Program-made: the position numbers and the translations under genes
The notes under the pieces: generated by a model
What the model saw: the letters and a program-made list of their open reading frames with translations, nothing else
Database searches by the model: none
Told to the model about the DNA's origin: nothing
From: Eledone cirrhosa
Lineage: Eukaryota
Assembly (NCBI GenBank): GCA_964016885.1
Contig: OZ024747.1
Location: forward strand, 25,234,001-25,298,000
DNA: 64,000 bases
Direction: 5' to 3'
Shown: one piece after another, positions 50,701-64,000 of the stretch
Numbering within the stretch: the stretch's first letter is position 1
Layout of the letters: each line of letters opens with the position of its first letter

Positions 50701-53700
50701 ATATCTTTTAATTTGATGAACTTCCGGCAAACCGTGAGGCCTTAAGCTAGAGCTTGTTCAGTTTATGCCTAAATCTGGCACTAGCTATATGGTACCTTAA
50801 ATTAGCGCCAATGAATTTTTATTTCTTTATAGAAAAACTAAATGTTTTTACACACATTTAAGGCATTTACATACACTCATAGCTATTATACACACAATAT
50901 AATACATTCATAACTGTTATACACATTGTATAATACATAGTTATTATACACATAAAGAAAAATATACACACATACAGTGAGTATAAACAACAAAAGCTGA
51001 CTATAGACAACAGATTAAAACACTCAAAGTTACAACAGCAAGTGGTCTCGCTCTGAGATGAGAAGTCCATGGGCACTGTTACAGTGATGCTAGGGTAGCA
51101 GAAACGAATGGCAGGGGAGAAAAAAGTGACATACCTTCCCAATTGTTGAACCATTCTCAGCAGTTATAGGTTTGTTTATTTTTTGTATTTTTTTTATATC
51201 TATATATATAAACCAGGTGGATGATCCAAGAGGGCAAGTCCCTTATAATTATCTCCCTTTTGTGAGAGAAGAAGAAGAAGAAGAAGAAGAAGAAGAAGAA
51301 GAAGAAGAAGAAGAGGAGAACATAAGGGTGGATTTAGAAAAGGAAGCCGACCAGTCTTGAAAAAACAATAACTCCAAGTGAAACTTTAGTAGTAAAGTGG
51401 TTATTTTAGGTTTCATTACATTTTGAAATTGAGCTAATTTAAATATATGCTTTATATATACATCCGGTTCAACCAAGAAACATTGGGAAAATTTGAAATG
51501 TAGTTGTCACAATGTAAATGACTATAATTGCTATTGATTACTATAAATATTAGTGGAGAATATAGGGTACTTGATTTAACTTTCTCAAATATTTACAGTG
51601 ATTGACTATTATTAGAGTAATTTGCATTGGGATGAATATATCTACATGTGTGCGTGTGTATATGTATATATATATATTGGAAAAAGTAAGACCCCGACGG
51701 CAGAGCTCAAGCCGTTTCGACGGCTATATATATAATTATAGTATTATTCAGTTTCCGTTACTATAATCAATTATTTTGATTATGTAACAAGAAACTGAAG
51801 CCACTTACAGCAGTGTTTTACTCAATGGTCGAATTATTTTGTTTGGTAAATCTTATGGTAGTTCCACTATAGGTTCCAAGTGTAACAATTTACGGAGTAT
51901 ATATAGAAATTTACAAAATTATTATTTAAAACACCACATTCCAGAAGAGTGGGAATATCATTTATTGCGTAACACTGACATGTGTTTCTTTGTATGTGTT
52001 ACATATCAGTTTAGCATCGCTAATACTTAACTCCTTCAATCAAATTAAATTGAATCCAAATAATTAAAATATCATATGTAGACACAACAAATTTTCAAAA
52101 TGAAATATAGTGTGCATATATGTATTGACATTAGATGACTCCCTAGAGTAAAGAAAGGAGAGATGTACAGTAATTTATATCTGGAAGATCATAGAGGAAC
52201 TGGTATCAACTGTTTGCATTGAAAGGTATGTTAATTCAAATAGTGGGAGCCACTGTATTGTGGCAAAATGTCTGCTCTTCAGAATTCTAACTAGATACTA
52301 TAATAGGTTATGGAGAAGGTGTATGTCTTAGTGGGTTAGGGTGTTTGGGTGATGATTATAAAGTTATGAGTTCAATGCCTGTCAGCATGTAGTGTCTTTG
52401 AGCAAGACACTATTTCACATTACTTCAGTCCACTCAACTGGCAAAAATATGTTGCACCTGTAATTCAAAGTGACAGATAGCCTTGTCATACTGAATCTCC
52501 CTGAGAATTACATTAAAGGTACATGTGTCTGCGGAATGCTCTGCTGCCTGTACATTAATATCATGAGCAGGCTGTTCTGTTGATAAAAAAACTGGAACAT
52601 TCGTCATTGAAACTGATGAAGGTTCAACTCACACAATTTGTGGTTCAAAGGGCCACAGCTCTTCAATATCCTTCTACAAAACAAGTGAGCGTCAACATGG
52701 AGCAAGTATCAACACATTGAAACAATATTTAGATATTCTACTGAGTTAGATTTTCAATGAATTTGCATCACAGCAACACATTCATATGAGAACAGCAATA
52801 TCAAACTCCCTTCATTCCTCCCCAATATATAAATCATAGAACAAAGAGTTTGAAGATAAATATTGCTAAGCTTCTCATTCATAAATCAGTGACTAATTCT
52901 TTTCTTATACAACTTTAAGTCATTTCTATTTGGATTGCTGGAGTATTTGTCTTTAGAATTGGATATTGGCACCTTTGTAGATACAGCATGGTGAAATGGT
53001 TAAGAAGTCACTTCACAATCATTATGGTCCAGTCCCACATCATGGCATATTGGGCATGTGTCATTTACTATAGGCTTGAGTAGACACAAGCTCTGTGAAG
53101 GAAGTTATGTAGACAGAAATTGTTTGGAAACCTGTCGAATGGACTGTACCTGTAATTCAAAGGGTCAGCCCTGTCACACATTATGTCAAGCTGAATCTAT
53201 TTGAAAATTGCAATGGTCACCACCTCAAATACCCCCCATCACTACTACTAACATAATGTTTTTACCATCATGTTGGTTAATTTAGTTAATATACTGGCCA
53301 TAGCAACAAAGTTATCAACAATTGTTAGTTTCAACAGCACTTAAAGTTCATGATATGCTTTCAATTAATTCTTAATATTCTGTACTACACAAAATCACAT
53401 TGAATACAAAACATCACTATACCCGAACCACATTAAAAATTTAAATCTTGATTCTAATACCGCAATTTTTCACAACAATCTGTCAATTAACCAGCCCGTT
53501 TTTAGGTATTTTCTGCTGAATCAATACATGTTAAGAGTTAATTTTACTAGAAAAGCAGCAATGGATTAGTGAACAGTAGCAAACAATTATCATATGAGAA
53601 ATGGACAGGTTCAGTGGCTCAGTGTGAAAGGTACTTGTTGACTGATAGCAGAAGTCACAAGTTCAAATCTCATGGATTTCACTGATCTGAACATTGAGGA

Positions 53701-56700
53701 ATCACATCTAGAGTGCAAGCTTCCTTAAGAGGACAAGTATCTCAAGTCTTCACAGCTTGATCTTTATTCCTGCCATGCAGCACTTGGCAGCAAACCTATC
53801 TAGTGCACGACTGAAAGAATACGATTGCAAATACAAGTGGTCAAAATAGGGTTTCCCTGAAGAGCCTTTGGAGTAAGGTTACATGGGAGTGTGTGTAGCT
53901 TGGATATCAGAGAGTTGCTTCAGGTAGAGCCGCTACTTCTCTGAATTGAGAGATCACTGTTCCGATAATATGGACATGTGATTAGAATGTTTCAGGAAAG
54001 AATCGCTGAACAGATTTTATGGGCAAAATCAACTGACAGGAGACCCAGGGGTAGATCAAGAGCAAGATGGTTGGATAACATTGATAAGCTTGGCTGGTCT
54101 TGCTTAGGTATCCAGCCAGATCAACTGGAGACGGTTGCTGCTGACAGGTCCTACTGAAAAGCGTGCTTGAGGACTATACTCCCATGAAATAAGTGGGTGA
54201 AGAAGAATTAGAAAAAGAAGCTTTTAAATATTTTCTATGAAATCATTACCGAGATTAAGGTTTAAAGGCTGGATGGTTAATGTGTTAGGATTATCTCCTT
54301 TGTTCTTGAGCATTCTGCTGTCGCTTTTTCAGACAGATTGAGGGTCTAACTTTTCATCTCACAAGGATGGAGAAGCTTCATACTGAAGCTGATTTAGTTG
54401 ACTACATTACCTCTTTGCAAAAGTTGGAATTGGCAAGTAGAATCATGTAGATACCAAACCACCCCTGGTTCTATGATACAAAACTGTTCATTTTAAGCCT
54501 TTAGCATTTAAACTGGCTATATCCGGCCAGAATTCTCTCACCTGTTTCTGTTCAAACTGTCCGTAATCGGCTGCTCATACAATCGCTATGGTATTTTTTT
54601 CAAATAAGATAACATCAAAATCTCATAGATTCAATATTATGTGAGATAATCATGTAAGATAAAGCCTTTACCCCCAAAATACAATAGTAAATATAGAGTA
54701 ATGTAAATGCTAAAGGATTAAGGTGTTTATATTTATCTAAAAATCTTCCATCACATGTAAGAACCTTTATCAAGTTGTTTCCAACAACAGCTCAATAACG
54801 AGAAAGTTAGTTATATTGAATTCCTTTAATTGCTAAATTATTTTCATCATTATTAAAAGAAACTATAGGTACTGTATTTTATTAGTAACAAAAGGGTTAA
54901 ATTATTTAGTTCTGAGTTCAGATTTCACCAGGGTTATTCCCTTTATCCTTCTGAGATTTTTATATTAAGTACCAGTCAAGTATTTCATTTGATCCAATCA
55001 ACTGGTCTTTCTCTCACAATCTTTGGCCTTGCAGCTATGTTAGTAATATGGTTAATTTTAGTAATAGTGATGGTGCATGGCCTAGTGGTTAGGGAGTAGG
55101 GGTCATGATCATAAAGTTTGATTTCAGGACCAGGCGATGTACTGTGTTTTTAAGCAAGACACTTCATTTCACATTGCTACAGACAAATCAGCTGAAAAAA
55201 AAGGAGCACCAGAAACAACAGCATGGAGTTAACACTGTGACGGGCTGGTGTCATGTCCAGAAAGAAGTATCATATACTCTCAGTTGCTTACCACCAATGA
55301 TACTGGGTAAGCTCTGTCCTGATGAGCCTCTGGTCTTGGGACAGACTAATAGTAACAGAGTGATGTAAGGCAGTATCGGTAAAATGCTGGTCTTGCAGTA
55401 TTTTTTTTACATTTTATTACATTCAGAGTTCAAAATCTGCCAAAGTGAAGCCAAAAATGTTTGGATTTCTGCCAAAGATAGCATTTATTATTGTGATTGG
55501 CAGTATCGGTAGAGAGTCAGACGCCATGCTTTGCAGTATAGAGTTACGGCCCTTTACGGTCTGAGTTCAAATCTTGCCATGGTTAACTTTGCCTTTCATC
55601 CTTACGGGGTCGATAAAATAAAGCATCAGTCACACACTGGGGTTGATTTAACCGACTTACCCCCTCCCCCCAATTGCTGGCTTTGTGCCTAAAGTAGAAA
55701 TCATCATTATTATTATTATTATTATTATAATTATAATATATTATTATTATATATAAGGGCGGTGGATTGGTAGTAACGGCAGAGGGTCGGACGTCATGCT
55801 TTGACGCAGAGTTACGGCCCTTGCCATTCTGAGTTCAAATCCCGCCGAGGTTAACTTTGCCTTTCATCCTTACAGGGTCGATAAAATAAAGTACCAGTAA
55901 TACACTGGGTAATTGCTGGCCTTGTGCCAAAAGTAGAAACAATTATTATATATTTGGCCAGTTTGGGTGTGAACAAATATCAATATCAATTTACAAGCTG
56001 CACTCAATACTAGTCACTAGGTATAGTAATTCTCTACCAAATATTAACAGTCTGTACTTCAGGAGCCTAGTTACCAACTCAGGGATGTATGAAGCCACAT
56101 TAAAAACATTTGCAAACTGTACAGCTACCTTTGTTAACGAGATGAGAACATAGAACCTCTCATTAAAGGTATTAAAAATAAAAAAAGAATAAAATATTGA
56201 ATAAAAAAACACAAAACAAAACAGAATATCCATAGCAATGTTTGAAACATGAATCCAACTGTCAGAAGCCAACACATTATAAGCCTTATAAGCCACCAAG
56301 CCTCCACAGAACTACAACAGGCACACAACAACAATGGAATAGTGACAAATTGCGAATGTTGTTGGATGTGGTCCATAAAAATGCCTATAAAAAAGCATGA
56401 AAAAAGTCATAAAAAAGCGTGAAAGATATTTATGGTTCCACGAATATGCGGTGGTTTCCACGAACAGTTATAGGTTATGTTCTAAGGAAAATTCCGCAAA
56501 TAACTGAGACTGTAAAGCCAGGGGTACACTGTGTATATATATATAACCAAAAGTTTATACGGTTCGTTGATTATTCAATGAATTCTATTTTACAATAGAT
56601 TAGAAGCACTCGACAGATATTTATCTGGAGTATCTATAATATTATTCAAAATATTAATAAATGAGAAATATCATAACCAAAGTATATATTTTGTTATACA

Positions 56701-58939
56701 TATTTCAAAGGTACAATGGTGTTTCAGTACGTTTTCATCAGATAAAATATATAAGAGATTGGATATGTGACATACCGCTAAGGTACTTGAATCTTCAATT
56801 CCTGTAGTGGCAGTAAGTTATTTCACCAACCCTGAACATTTATATACCACAAATAATGATAAACTTAGAGAAGAAGAGGATGTAAAGCAACAAAAAAATA
56901 TAGAAGGGGAGTTGAAAGGGAAGATTCGGAGAAAAAGAGAGGGAAATAAAGAAAAGAAGAAAACGGAAGATGCGGAGAGAAAAGAAGGGAAATAAAGAAA
57001 AGAAGAAAAGGTAAAGGAGAGAATAAAAAACCTGTTGTATTCAAATGCTAGACAAAAATTCAAAAATTCAAAAATTCTTCATATTATTTATCAGTGAATA
57101 CCACTTGTATTGGATTACGCTTCAGTTAATTATAAGTTTATAATATATCTAGATTATTAGGCATAGCTTAATTTCTACGGCAATCGAATATTTAAGTTCA
57201 TTACAAATTTATATGCTTAAATTAATTTAATTTAATTTAACTCATTTTAGATTATTATCAAGGCATGATTTCTACAGCTGGATGCCCTTCCTAACACCAA
57301 CCTCATTTACAGTGAGTGCTGGGTTCTTTTTTGCCATGCCACCTCCACAACCACTTTGCAGTGGAATGATATGGACCCAGTCCCTATCATCTCATTTCTA
57401 CAGCCGAGTAAACTGGAGCAATGTGAAATAAAGTGTCTTGCTCAAGGAAACAACACATCACCCGGTCTGAGAATTGAACTCACAACCTTTCGATTGCAAG
57501 GCCAATGCTCTACCCACTAAGCCATGTGCCTCCACATTGTCCGTGAATTTTATTAGCTTGCAAAAAAATATAGATTAATAAATAATAATTAATAGTTTAA
57601 TAATACATAGTCTATCATTAAACTTAAACTATATATATTAGAATAATTAAGTATTGAAGTAAATATAACCATAGTTAGATTTTAAAAAATAAATTAAAAT
57701 TAAAATAATAACAAAGTTTTACATAAAGTAGAATTTTGAATTAATTTAGATGATAAATGAACAAAATATGGGCGGAGGTGGTGAGAGCAGACCTCAGATC
57801 GCTGAAACTCACCGAGGAGATGATGAAGGACCGTGACAAGTGGAGAGATGCTGTGCTGAATAGGACCCATCCAACCCTTGCAAGCAGGGAAAAGCGGACA
57901 TAAAATGATGATGATGATGATGATGATGATGATTGATGTGGATATATGCATTTTTAATATATCTTAATACATATTTAATAAGCATTAAAGATAATTTGTT
58001 TAATTGTTACATTATAATGCTAAATAGAATATCTTACCTTATAATGAAACATTGTCATAATCTAAAATGAGTTAAATTAAATTAATTTAAGCATATAAAT
58101 TTGTAATGAACTTAAATATTCGATTGCCGTAGAAATTAATCTATGCCTAATAATCTAGATATATTATAAACTTATAATTAACTGAAGCGTAATCCAATAC
58201 AAGTGGTATTCACTGATAAATAATTGTTTCTACTTTAGGCACAAGGCCAGCAATTACCCAGTGCATTACTGGTACTTTATTTTATCGACCCCGTAAGGAT
58301 GAAAGGCAAAGTCAACCTCGGCGGGATTTGAACTCAGATCGTAAAGGGATGTAACTATGCTGGAAAGCATGGCGTCCGACCCTCTACCGATACTGCCAAT
58401 CCACCGCCTTCACTGATAAATAATATGAAGAATTTTTGAATTTTTGTCTAGCATTTGAATACAACAGGTTTTTTATTCTCTCCTTTACCTTTTCTTCTTT
58501 TCTTTATTTCCTTTCTTTTCTCTCCGCATCTTCCCTTTTCTTCCTTTCTTTATTTCCCTCTCTTTCTCTCCAAATCTTCCCTTTCAACTCCCCTTCTATA
58601 TTTCTTTGTTGCTTTACGTCCTCTTCTTCTCTAAGTTTATCATTATTTGTGGTATATAAATGTTCAGGGTTGGTGAAATAACTTACTGCCACTACAGGAA
58701 TTGAAGATTCAAGTACCTTAGCGGTATGTCACATATCCAATCTCTTATATATTTTATCTGATGAAAACGTACTGAAACACCATTTTACCTTTGAAATATG
58801 TATAACAAAATATATATTTTGGTTATGATATTTCTCATTTATTATATATATTTTGAATAATATTATATATATATATATATATATAGGAAAAAATATGACC
58901 CCGACGGCAGAGCTCAAGCCATTTCGACGGCTATTTCTG

Positions 58940-58985
<46 letters not shown>

Positions 58986-61900
58986 GGAGGGGGAGGTCAT
59001 TCATTTTTCATCACTAAATGTTTGTAACTGATTCTATCCAGCTATTTTGAAATTCTTCAAAAGTTAAAAGGACAGAAAAAAGGTAAGAAGGAAGATGTGA
59101 GAGAGAAGAAAAAAAAAAGGAAGATCAAAGAAGAGAGAGGTCAAAAGTGAATAAGGATTTGTATAACTCACCATGGTATACTCGCAGGATGGCTTCACAG
59201 ACAAATTTGTACTGACTCTGAAAATAAAGGAAAAAAATAAGTTGTATAAATAAATAATTAAATCTGTTTCATCATCGTCATTTTATGGCCACTTTTTTCA
59301 CTGGTATGGACAGTCTGTCACAGTCCGAAACCAAGAGGGTCAGAGTGACCAAACTTGTTAATACGTTCCATATTAAGCATGGATTCTATTGCTAGATGCC
59401 CTTCCTAACACTGTGCATTTTTTCATGGTACCATATACTAACGCACACAAGGATACAATGCACTAGTTCAGGAATCAAACCCATGACTTTATAATTTTGA
59501 GTCCAACACCCTAACCCCCGAAGTCATGCACCTTCAATCAGGTGGCAAAAGTGAGTTGGGGCAGCTTTATTACATACTACATCACTGGTTATTATATAGC
59601 AAAGGCGATGTAATCGACTTCCCCTTCTCTTCAAATTGCTGCCCTTGTGACTAAAGTAGAAACAATTATATAGCAGCATTTCAACTCAGTAATTCAGTTT
59701 TTTATAACTACCATATTTCTCAGCGCCGAAGACGCTCATCCTCGAGGACGCAGGTTAATTTTGACAAAAAAAAAATTAGAAAAAATATATTAAACAACCT
59801 CGGCCTCCAGGACGCATGGTAGATTTTTGAGACTTATTTTAGGAAAAAAGTAGCGTCTTCGACGCCAGGAAATACCATACTCTGATCTTATACAAATTTA
59901 ACTGGAATCAATACTTCTCTAACATGATAGATATTGCCATGCCCACTACCTCCAAACAAGTTTTTACACTTACAGCTGTCTGTATAAGCATTGCTCGCTG
60001 ATCTCTCATCTGGCGTACAATTGCAAGAGGAAATACAGTTTGATTGGCTTCCACTAAACACATAGCTGTTTCCATGGTGATTAGAACTCCTGTCCGACCA
60101 ATTCCAGCGCTAGATGGGGAAGGAAGAAAAAAAGGTATTTCAATGACTAGAAATAGAAATCAAGAAAATGAATAATATTAACTTGAAAGACACTGTCTAT
60201 GGTTTCAAAATAATTTTGAAAATAATCAAGATATTGTAGGAATTTGGTAATTATTAAATTGGTGTTTCGAACATAACTTAACAAAAGTTCTTACACAAAA
60301 TTGTGGTGGAAGATAAATATAAACACTAACTCTTTTGTTACCATATTTCTAAAGAAAAACACTGTGTAATAATTTTTAAAATAATCAAGAATTTGAAAGG
60401 ATTTAGTAATATAACTTTTTTGGTGGATTGGCAGTATCAGTAGAGGGTCGGACGCCATGCTTTGCAGCATAGAGTTACGGCCCTTTAGGTTCTGAGTTTA
60501 AATACTGCCAAGGTTAACTTTGTCTTTCATCCTTACGGGGGTCGATAGAATAAAATACCAGTATATGCACTGGGATAATTGCTGGCCTTGAACCAAAAGT
60601 AGAAACAATTATTAAATTGCTGTTTGGAACACAAAGGTTCTTACATAAAATTATGGTAGATGGTTTTTAGATAAATATGAATATTTAAAAACAGGATGAA
60701 TATAACTTCTTTATTTGTTTAGTTTCCTAACTATCTAAAAGTTTAAAGTCTGTCTCAAGCCTAGAATCTCGCCAGGCCAGTGTTTAACCCAGTCCAGTAA
60801 TTGAACCCAGGCCAGTGTTTAACCCAGTCCAGTAATTGAACCCACAACATCATGATTCTAACTCCAACATTTCCTCTGTTAAAGCCTGGGTTAGTCGTGC
60901 AGACACCATAACAGGTTTAATTATACTCATCATGGGGTGCCTTTGACGGCAGTATATAATGGTCAGATGCCTTTCCTTGCAGTTGCCTCCTATAATGTGT
61001 TTAGTTGTTGAAATAATGGAGAAATAAAACACCTACCTGCAATGCACCACAGTAGGCTCAACCATTCCAATCCTATTCTTCCGAACCCGGATCACAAAAT
61101 CTAAAAAGTCGGCTGGATCATCAGGCACTCCATGATCTGGCCAAGCAATGTACTGCATATGTTTTATATGTCTTTCTTGGTTAGTCTACAAATAAACAAA
61201 AATAACAATAACATGCTTTATATGTCTCTCTTGGTTAGTCTACACATAAACAAAAATAACAATAACATGCTTTATATGTCTCTCTCTTGGTTAGTTGACA
61301 AATAAAGGAAGATGACAATATACAAAGAATTTGAGAACATTTTTTTTTTACAAAGTTTTGACTGAAATAAAATGTTAAGAATGGGTTTAGAAGTTTAGCA
61401 AGTACCAATAGGGTAGAGAGGATTACAAGAAAATGCACCTAGTACACTCTATAAAGTGATTGACATTAGGAAAGGCATCCAGCCATAGAAGCCATGCCAA
61501 ATATGGAAGATATGAGCAAAATATGGTTCCCTGACCAGTCTAGTCTTGGTCTGCAATGACCTAACACAAATGGAGAATGGAAAATGGGTGTAAAATGATA
61601 ATATTGATCAATATATTACAATCCCCCAATAGTCTAATTTGAAGAATATTACAGCCTATGATAATAGTGATAGAAAATTACATCATGTCTAGAGTAAACT
61701 GGAAAAGTTGTATATCTATGTTATTAAAAGCTCTAACATACTTCAACAATATATAGAATTTCAAAAGCATATAATTAAAAAAATTTTTTTTTAGAACTAA
61801 ATATCAATAGCAAGTATTTTGAAGCCATTTCCTATTGCTAAAGCAGGGATTAATCTTGAAGGTCTTGTGAAAAGCTTCATGCTCATTATGGGGTGCTTTT

Positions 61901-62705
61901 TGAAAAAATATTTTATGTCCAGATGCCCTTCCTAGCATCAATGCTGTCAGTCACCTCTTATAACATGTTGTGATATGGTTTATGTATTCTAAACTGGATA
62001 TATACAGCATAGAGAATTAAATATGAATATGAAGGTGATCAATTTTACTGTTTAATTCAATATTCAATGTATATTTTCAACTCTAGAAACCAGATACTTC
62101 TGTTGGCCAGCTAATAAGTTAGTAAATATGTTTGTTTAGAGCCTGCAGAACAGTGACTTGAAATTGACAGAGGACTGTGAAAACTGATAAAGAAGATTGT
62201 GATTCTCTAGTTTAACTCATAACATACTGTATTGATTTAGCAAAAAATATCTAAAACTGGCATTTGTTAATTCAAATCTTTACAGTATCTCTACAAATGG
62301 ACAGATTGTGTGAACATTTTCAGTAGACTAAAATAGATACTTTAATTTTCAAAGTAATGCCAACATAATGATGGTTTATACTTTTCAAGAATGTTTTGCT
62401 AATGTGGCTTCAATGCAGTACAGAACGTTAAGAATTAAAAGAGTCTGAGAGAGAGGGCTGTGAAAATTAATAAACAAAATCATGATTCTCTAGTTTAAGA
62501 GAGTCTGAGAGAGGGTTGTGAAGGTTATGAAAAGACAACACAACCCCAATTATTACAATAGCAACATCAAACTCACCTCTACATGTGTTAATGTGAATTC
62601 TCTGAAAGCAAATGATATAGTTTCTTCTTCTTTGACACAAGTGATCTGTAAAATGCCGAAGTCAGTTGTTTCATATAAGTCCGGCCAGTATTGGTGGCAT
62701 TTCAC
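45502..62705 (-). CDS. PTPN4: Non-receptor protein tyrosine phosphatase of PTPN3/PTPN4 (PTP-MEG) type, last five coding exons; the 5' part lies beyond the window
   Basis: Minus-strand exons 62577-62705 (VKCHQYWPD), 61037-61185 (WPDHGVP..VVHC), 59974-60109 ([19 protein letters not shown]), 59172-59217 ([15 protein letters not shown]), 45502-45539 ([12 protein letters not shown]). Intact [13 protein letters not shown] loop and Q loop. The C-terminal FVCEAIL.VY...V.PL pattern is PTPN3/4-like. Confidence 0.9.
47493..47886. repeat. Long inverted repeat centred on (TA)n
   Basis: About 175-bp arms, identical by eye except a 6-bp ggaaat duplication in the right arm. Confidence 0.93.
48768..49365 (-). 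mobile_element. Internally deleted (bipartite) RTE element of about 600 bp
   Basis: RTE-like 5' UTR motif ctaggagaaggaaaactctga fused to a C-terminal zinc finger [23 protein letters not shown] (stop 48836-48838); flanked by (TA)n. Confidence 0.65.
53760..54210 (+). mobile_element. RTE LINE 3' fragment
   Basis: [33 protein letters not shown]; short (GAA) tail. Confidence 0.75.
56635..58867. repeat. Foldback-like structure: about 620-bp inverted arms (56635-57255 and 58057-58867) around an 800-bp spacer
   Basis: Arms are reverse complements with scattered substitutions; the right arm carries a SINE A insert with a 16-bp TSD. Confidence 0.9.
59172..59217 (-). CDS. PTPN4: PTP penultimate coding exon
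   Basis: tttcag|[15 protein letters not shown]|gtgagt, phase 1. Confidence 0.92.
59974..60109 (-). CDS. PTPN4: PTP exon (P-loop and Q loop)
   Basis: atctag|[19 protein letters not shown]...[12 protein letters not shown]|gtaagt. Confidence 0.94.
61037..61185 (-). CDS. PTPN4: PTP exon (WPD loop to catalytic HC)
   Basis: ttgtag|[31 protein letters not shown]...PTVVHC|gtaggt. Confidence 0.94.
61164..61296. repeat. 54-bp tandem duplication spanning a PTP splice acceptor
   Basis: ttggttagt recurs at 61177, 61231, 61287. Confidence 0.88.
62577..62705 (-). CDS. PTPN4: PTP exon (KCxxYWP motif)
   Basis: tttcag|[23 protein letters not shown]...THVE|gtgagt. Confidence 0.93.
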
Positions 62706-63459
62706 CTGAAATAGAAAATATACACCATTAAACATCACACCTGGGGATTTTCACAAGTTACAAAAACAAAAAACAAAACAAAACAAAAAACAAATAAACA
62801 AAAACAATGAAAAGACATACCACAAAAAATAGGTGAGATGGAAAACTAATACAAGGAAAACAAATAAAAATAAGTATAGACAGTGTCTTTCATTAGAAAT
62901 ATAGTAAGGAAAAGGTTAAAGTGTTTATCGGTATCTAAAATAACCTTCCATCATAATTCTATGTAAGAACATTAACTTATATTCCAAACACCAGATAAAT
63001 AAGAAGAAAGTTAGTTATATTACTAAATCTTTCCACGTTCTTGATTATTTTCATATCAAAATTATTTGAAAATCATAGGCAGTGTCTTTTATTAGAATTA
63101 TTGTGACAAAATATGTAAATATGTAAAATTTGTAAATAAAATGACATTCATTATCATTGTTACCATCATTAACCATTTTGTCATGATATTTCTAATGAAA
63201 TGATTTTCAAATAATTTTGGAAATAATGAAATATTTGGAGGGATTTAGTAATATAACTGTTGCATTACGATGTTGGTGTCATACATAAAACTAGGTTGGA
63301 AGTTTTAAAATAAATATTAATAGTTTAAAACAAACAGTTTTATATCATAGAAGTAGAGGTGGTGTCAAGTGGGTTGGCATTGAAAGAGTTAAAAGCAATT
63401 TCTAACCAAGCATAAACAAGTGGAGGCTGTTTACAGTCAGTGTTCATCCAAATGGGTTA

Positions 63460-63645
63460 TACATTACATACATTACATAAATCATATACAATACATACAA
63501 CGCACACAACATATATTACATACATTGCATACATCACACACAACATATATTACATACATTGCATACAACGCACACAACATATATTACATACATTGCATAC
63601 AACGCACACAACATATATTACATACATTGCATACATCACACACAA
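63460..63645. repeat. ACAT-rich minisatellite of about 32 bp
   Basis: cacacaacatatattacatacattgcatac repeated. Confidence 0.85.
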
Positions 63646-64000
63646 CAAGATAAAGAGTTGTGTCAGTACTTACACGGCCCCTCTCTACTTTTGTAGTTAA
63701 CATAACAACCAATGTACAATGTTGTTCCCATACCATCTGAAAAAATTATGAGTAAAAAACAGATTATTAACTTGAAAATAATGAAAGAGGTAAGGAAGAG
63801 AATCATCATTATCATTGCTTCAATTACACCAATACACACACATATGTATGTGTATATATACATATATATATTGTTATACTTTGGGAGGGTCATGTTGCCA
63901 ATAAGAAACACACGCACCAGTTGCTTTCACTTCAATTTATTATAATAAATTTATAAATTTAGGAATAAATCTATAAATTTTTGGTTGGTTGGTTCCACAA

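Noticed and set aside
56807-56995. 62-aa Lys/Glu-rich ORF present in both foldback arms
   Set aside because: GTG start, low-complexity purine tract, no recognisable domain; duplicated only because the arm is duplicated.

Overview
Eukaryotic, AT-rich, microsatellite- and SINE-dense genomic DNA. The repeat families suggest an octopus or other coleoid cephalopod; this is inferred, not proven. Two spliced genes, almost invisible in the ORF track, can be rebuilt by hand from GT-AG junctions. (1) A complete 19-coding-exon de novo DNA methyltransferase DNMT3 on + (12063-37322, 695 aa, PWWP-ADD-C5 MTase, all intron phases consistent). (2) The last five coding exons of a PTPN3/PTPN4 (PTP-MEG)-type tyrosine phosphatase on - (62705 down to 45502), convergent with DNMT3. 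The rest is transposon debris: a degraded Rep/Helicase Helitron, a non-autonomous Helitron, RTE/CR1/Tx1/I-type LINE fragments, two young tRNA-derived SINE families, hAT/Tigger/TTAA MITEs, minisatellites and several long inverted repeats. The most striking observation is that this DNMT3 encodes His at the position aligning to human DNMT3A R882, the R882H leukaemia hotspot. The codon is CAC, which one A-to-I edit would turn into Arg. It also has Cys at the Y735-equivalent position. Human numbering comes from recalled alignment and needs computational confirmation.
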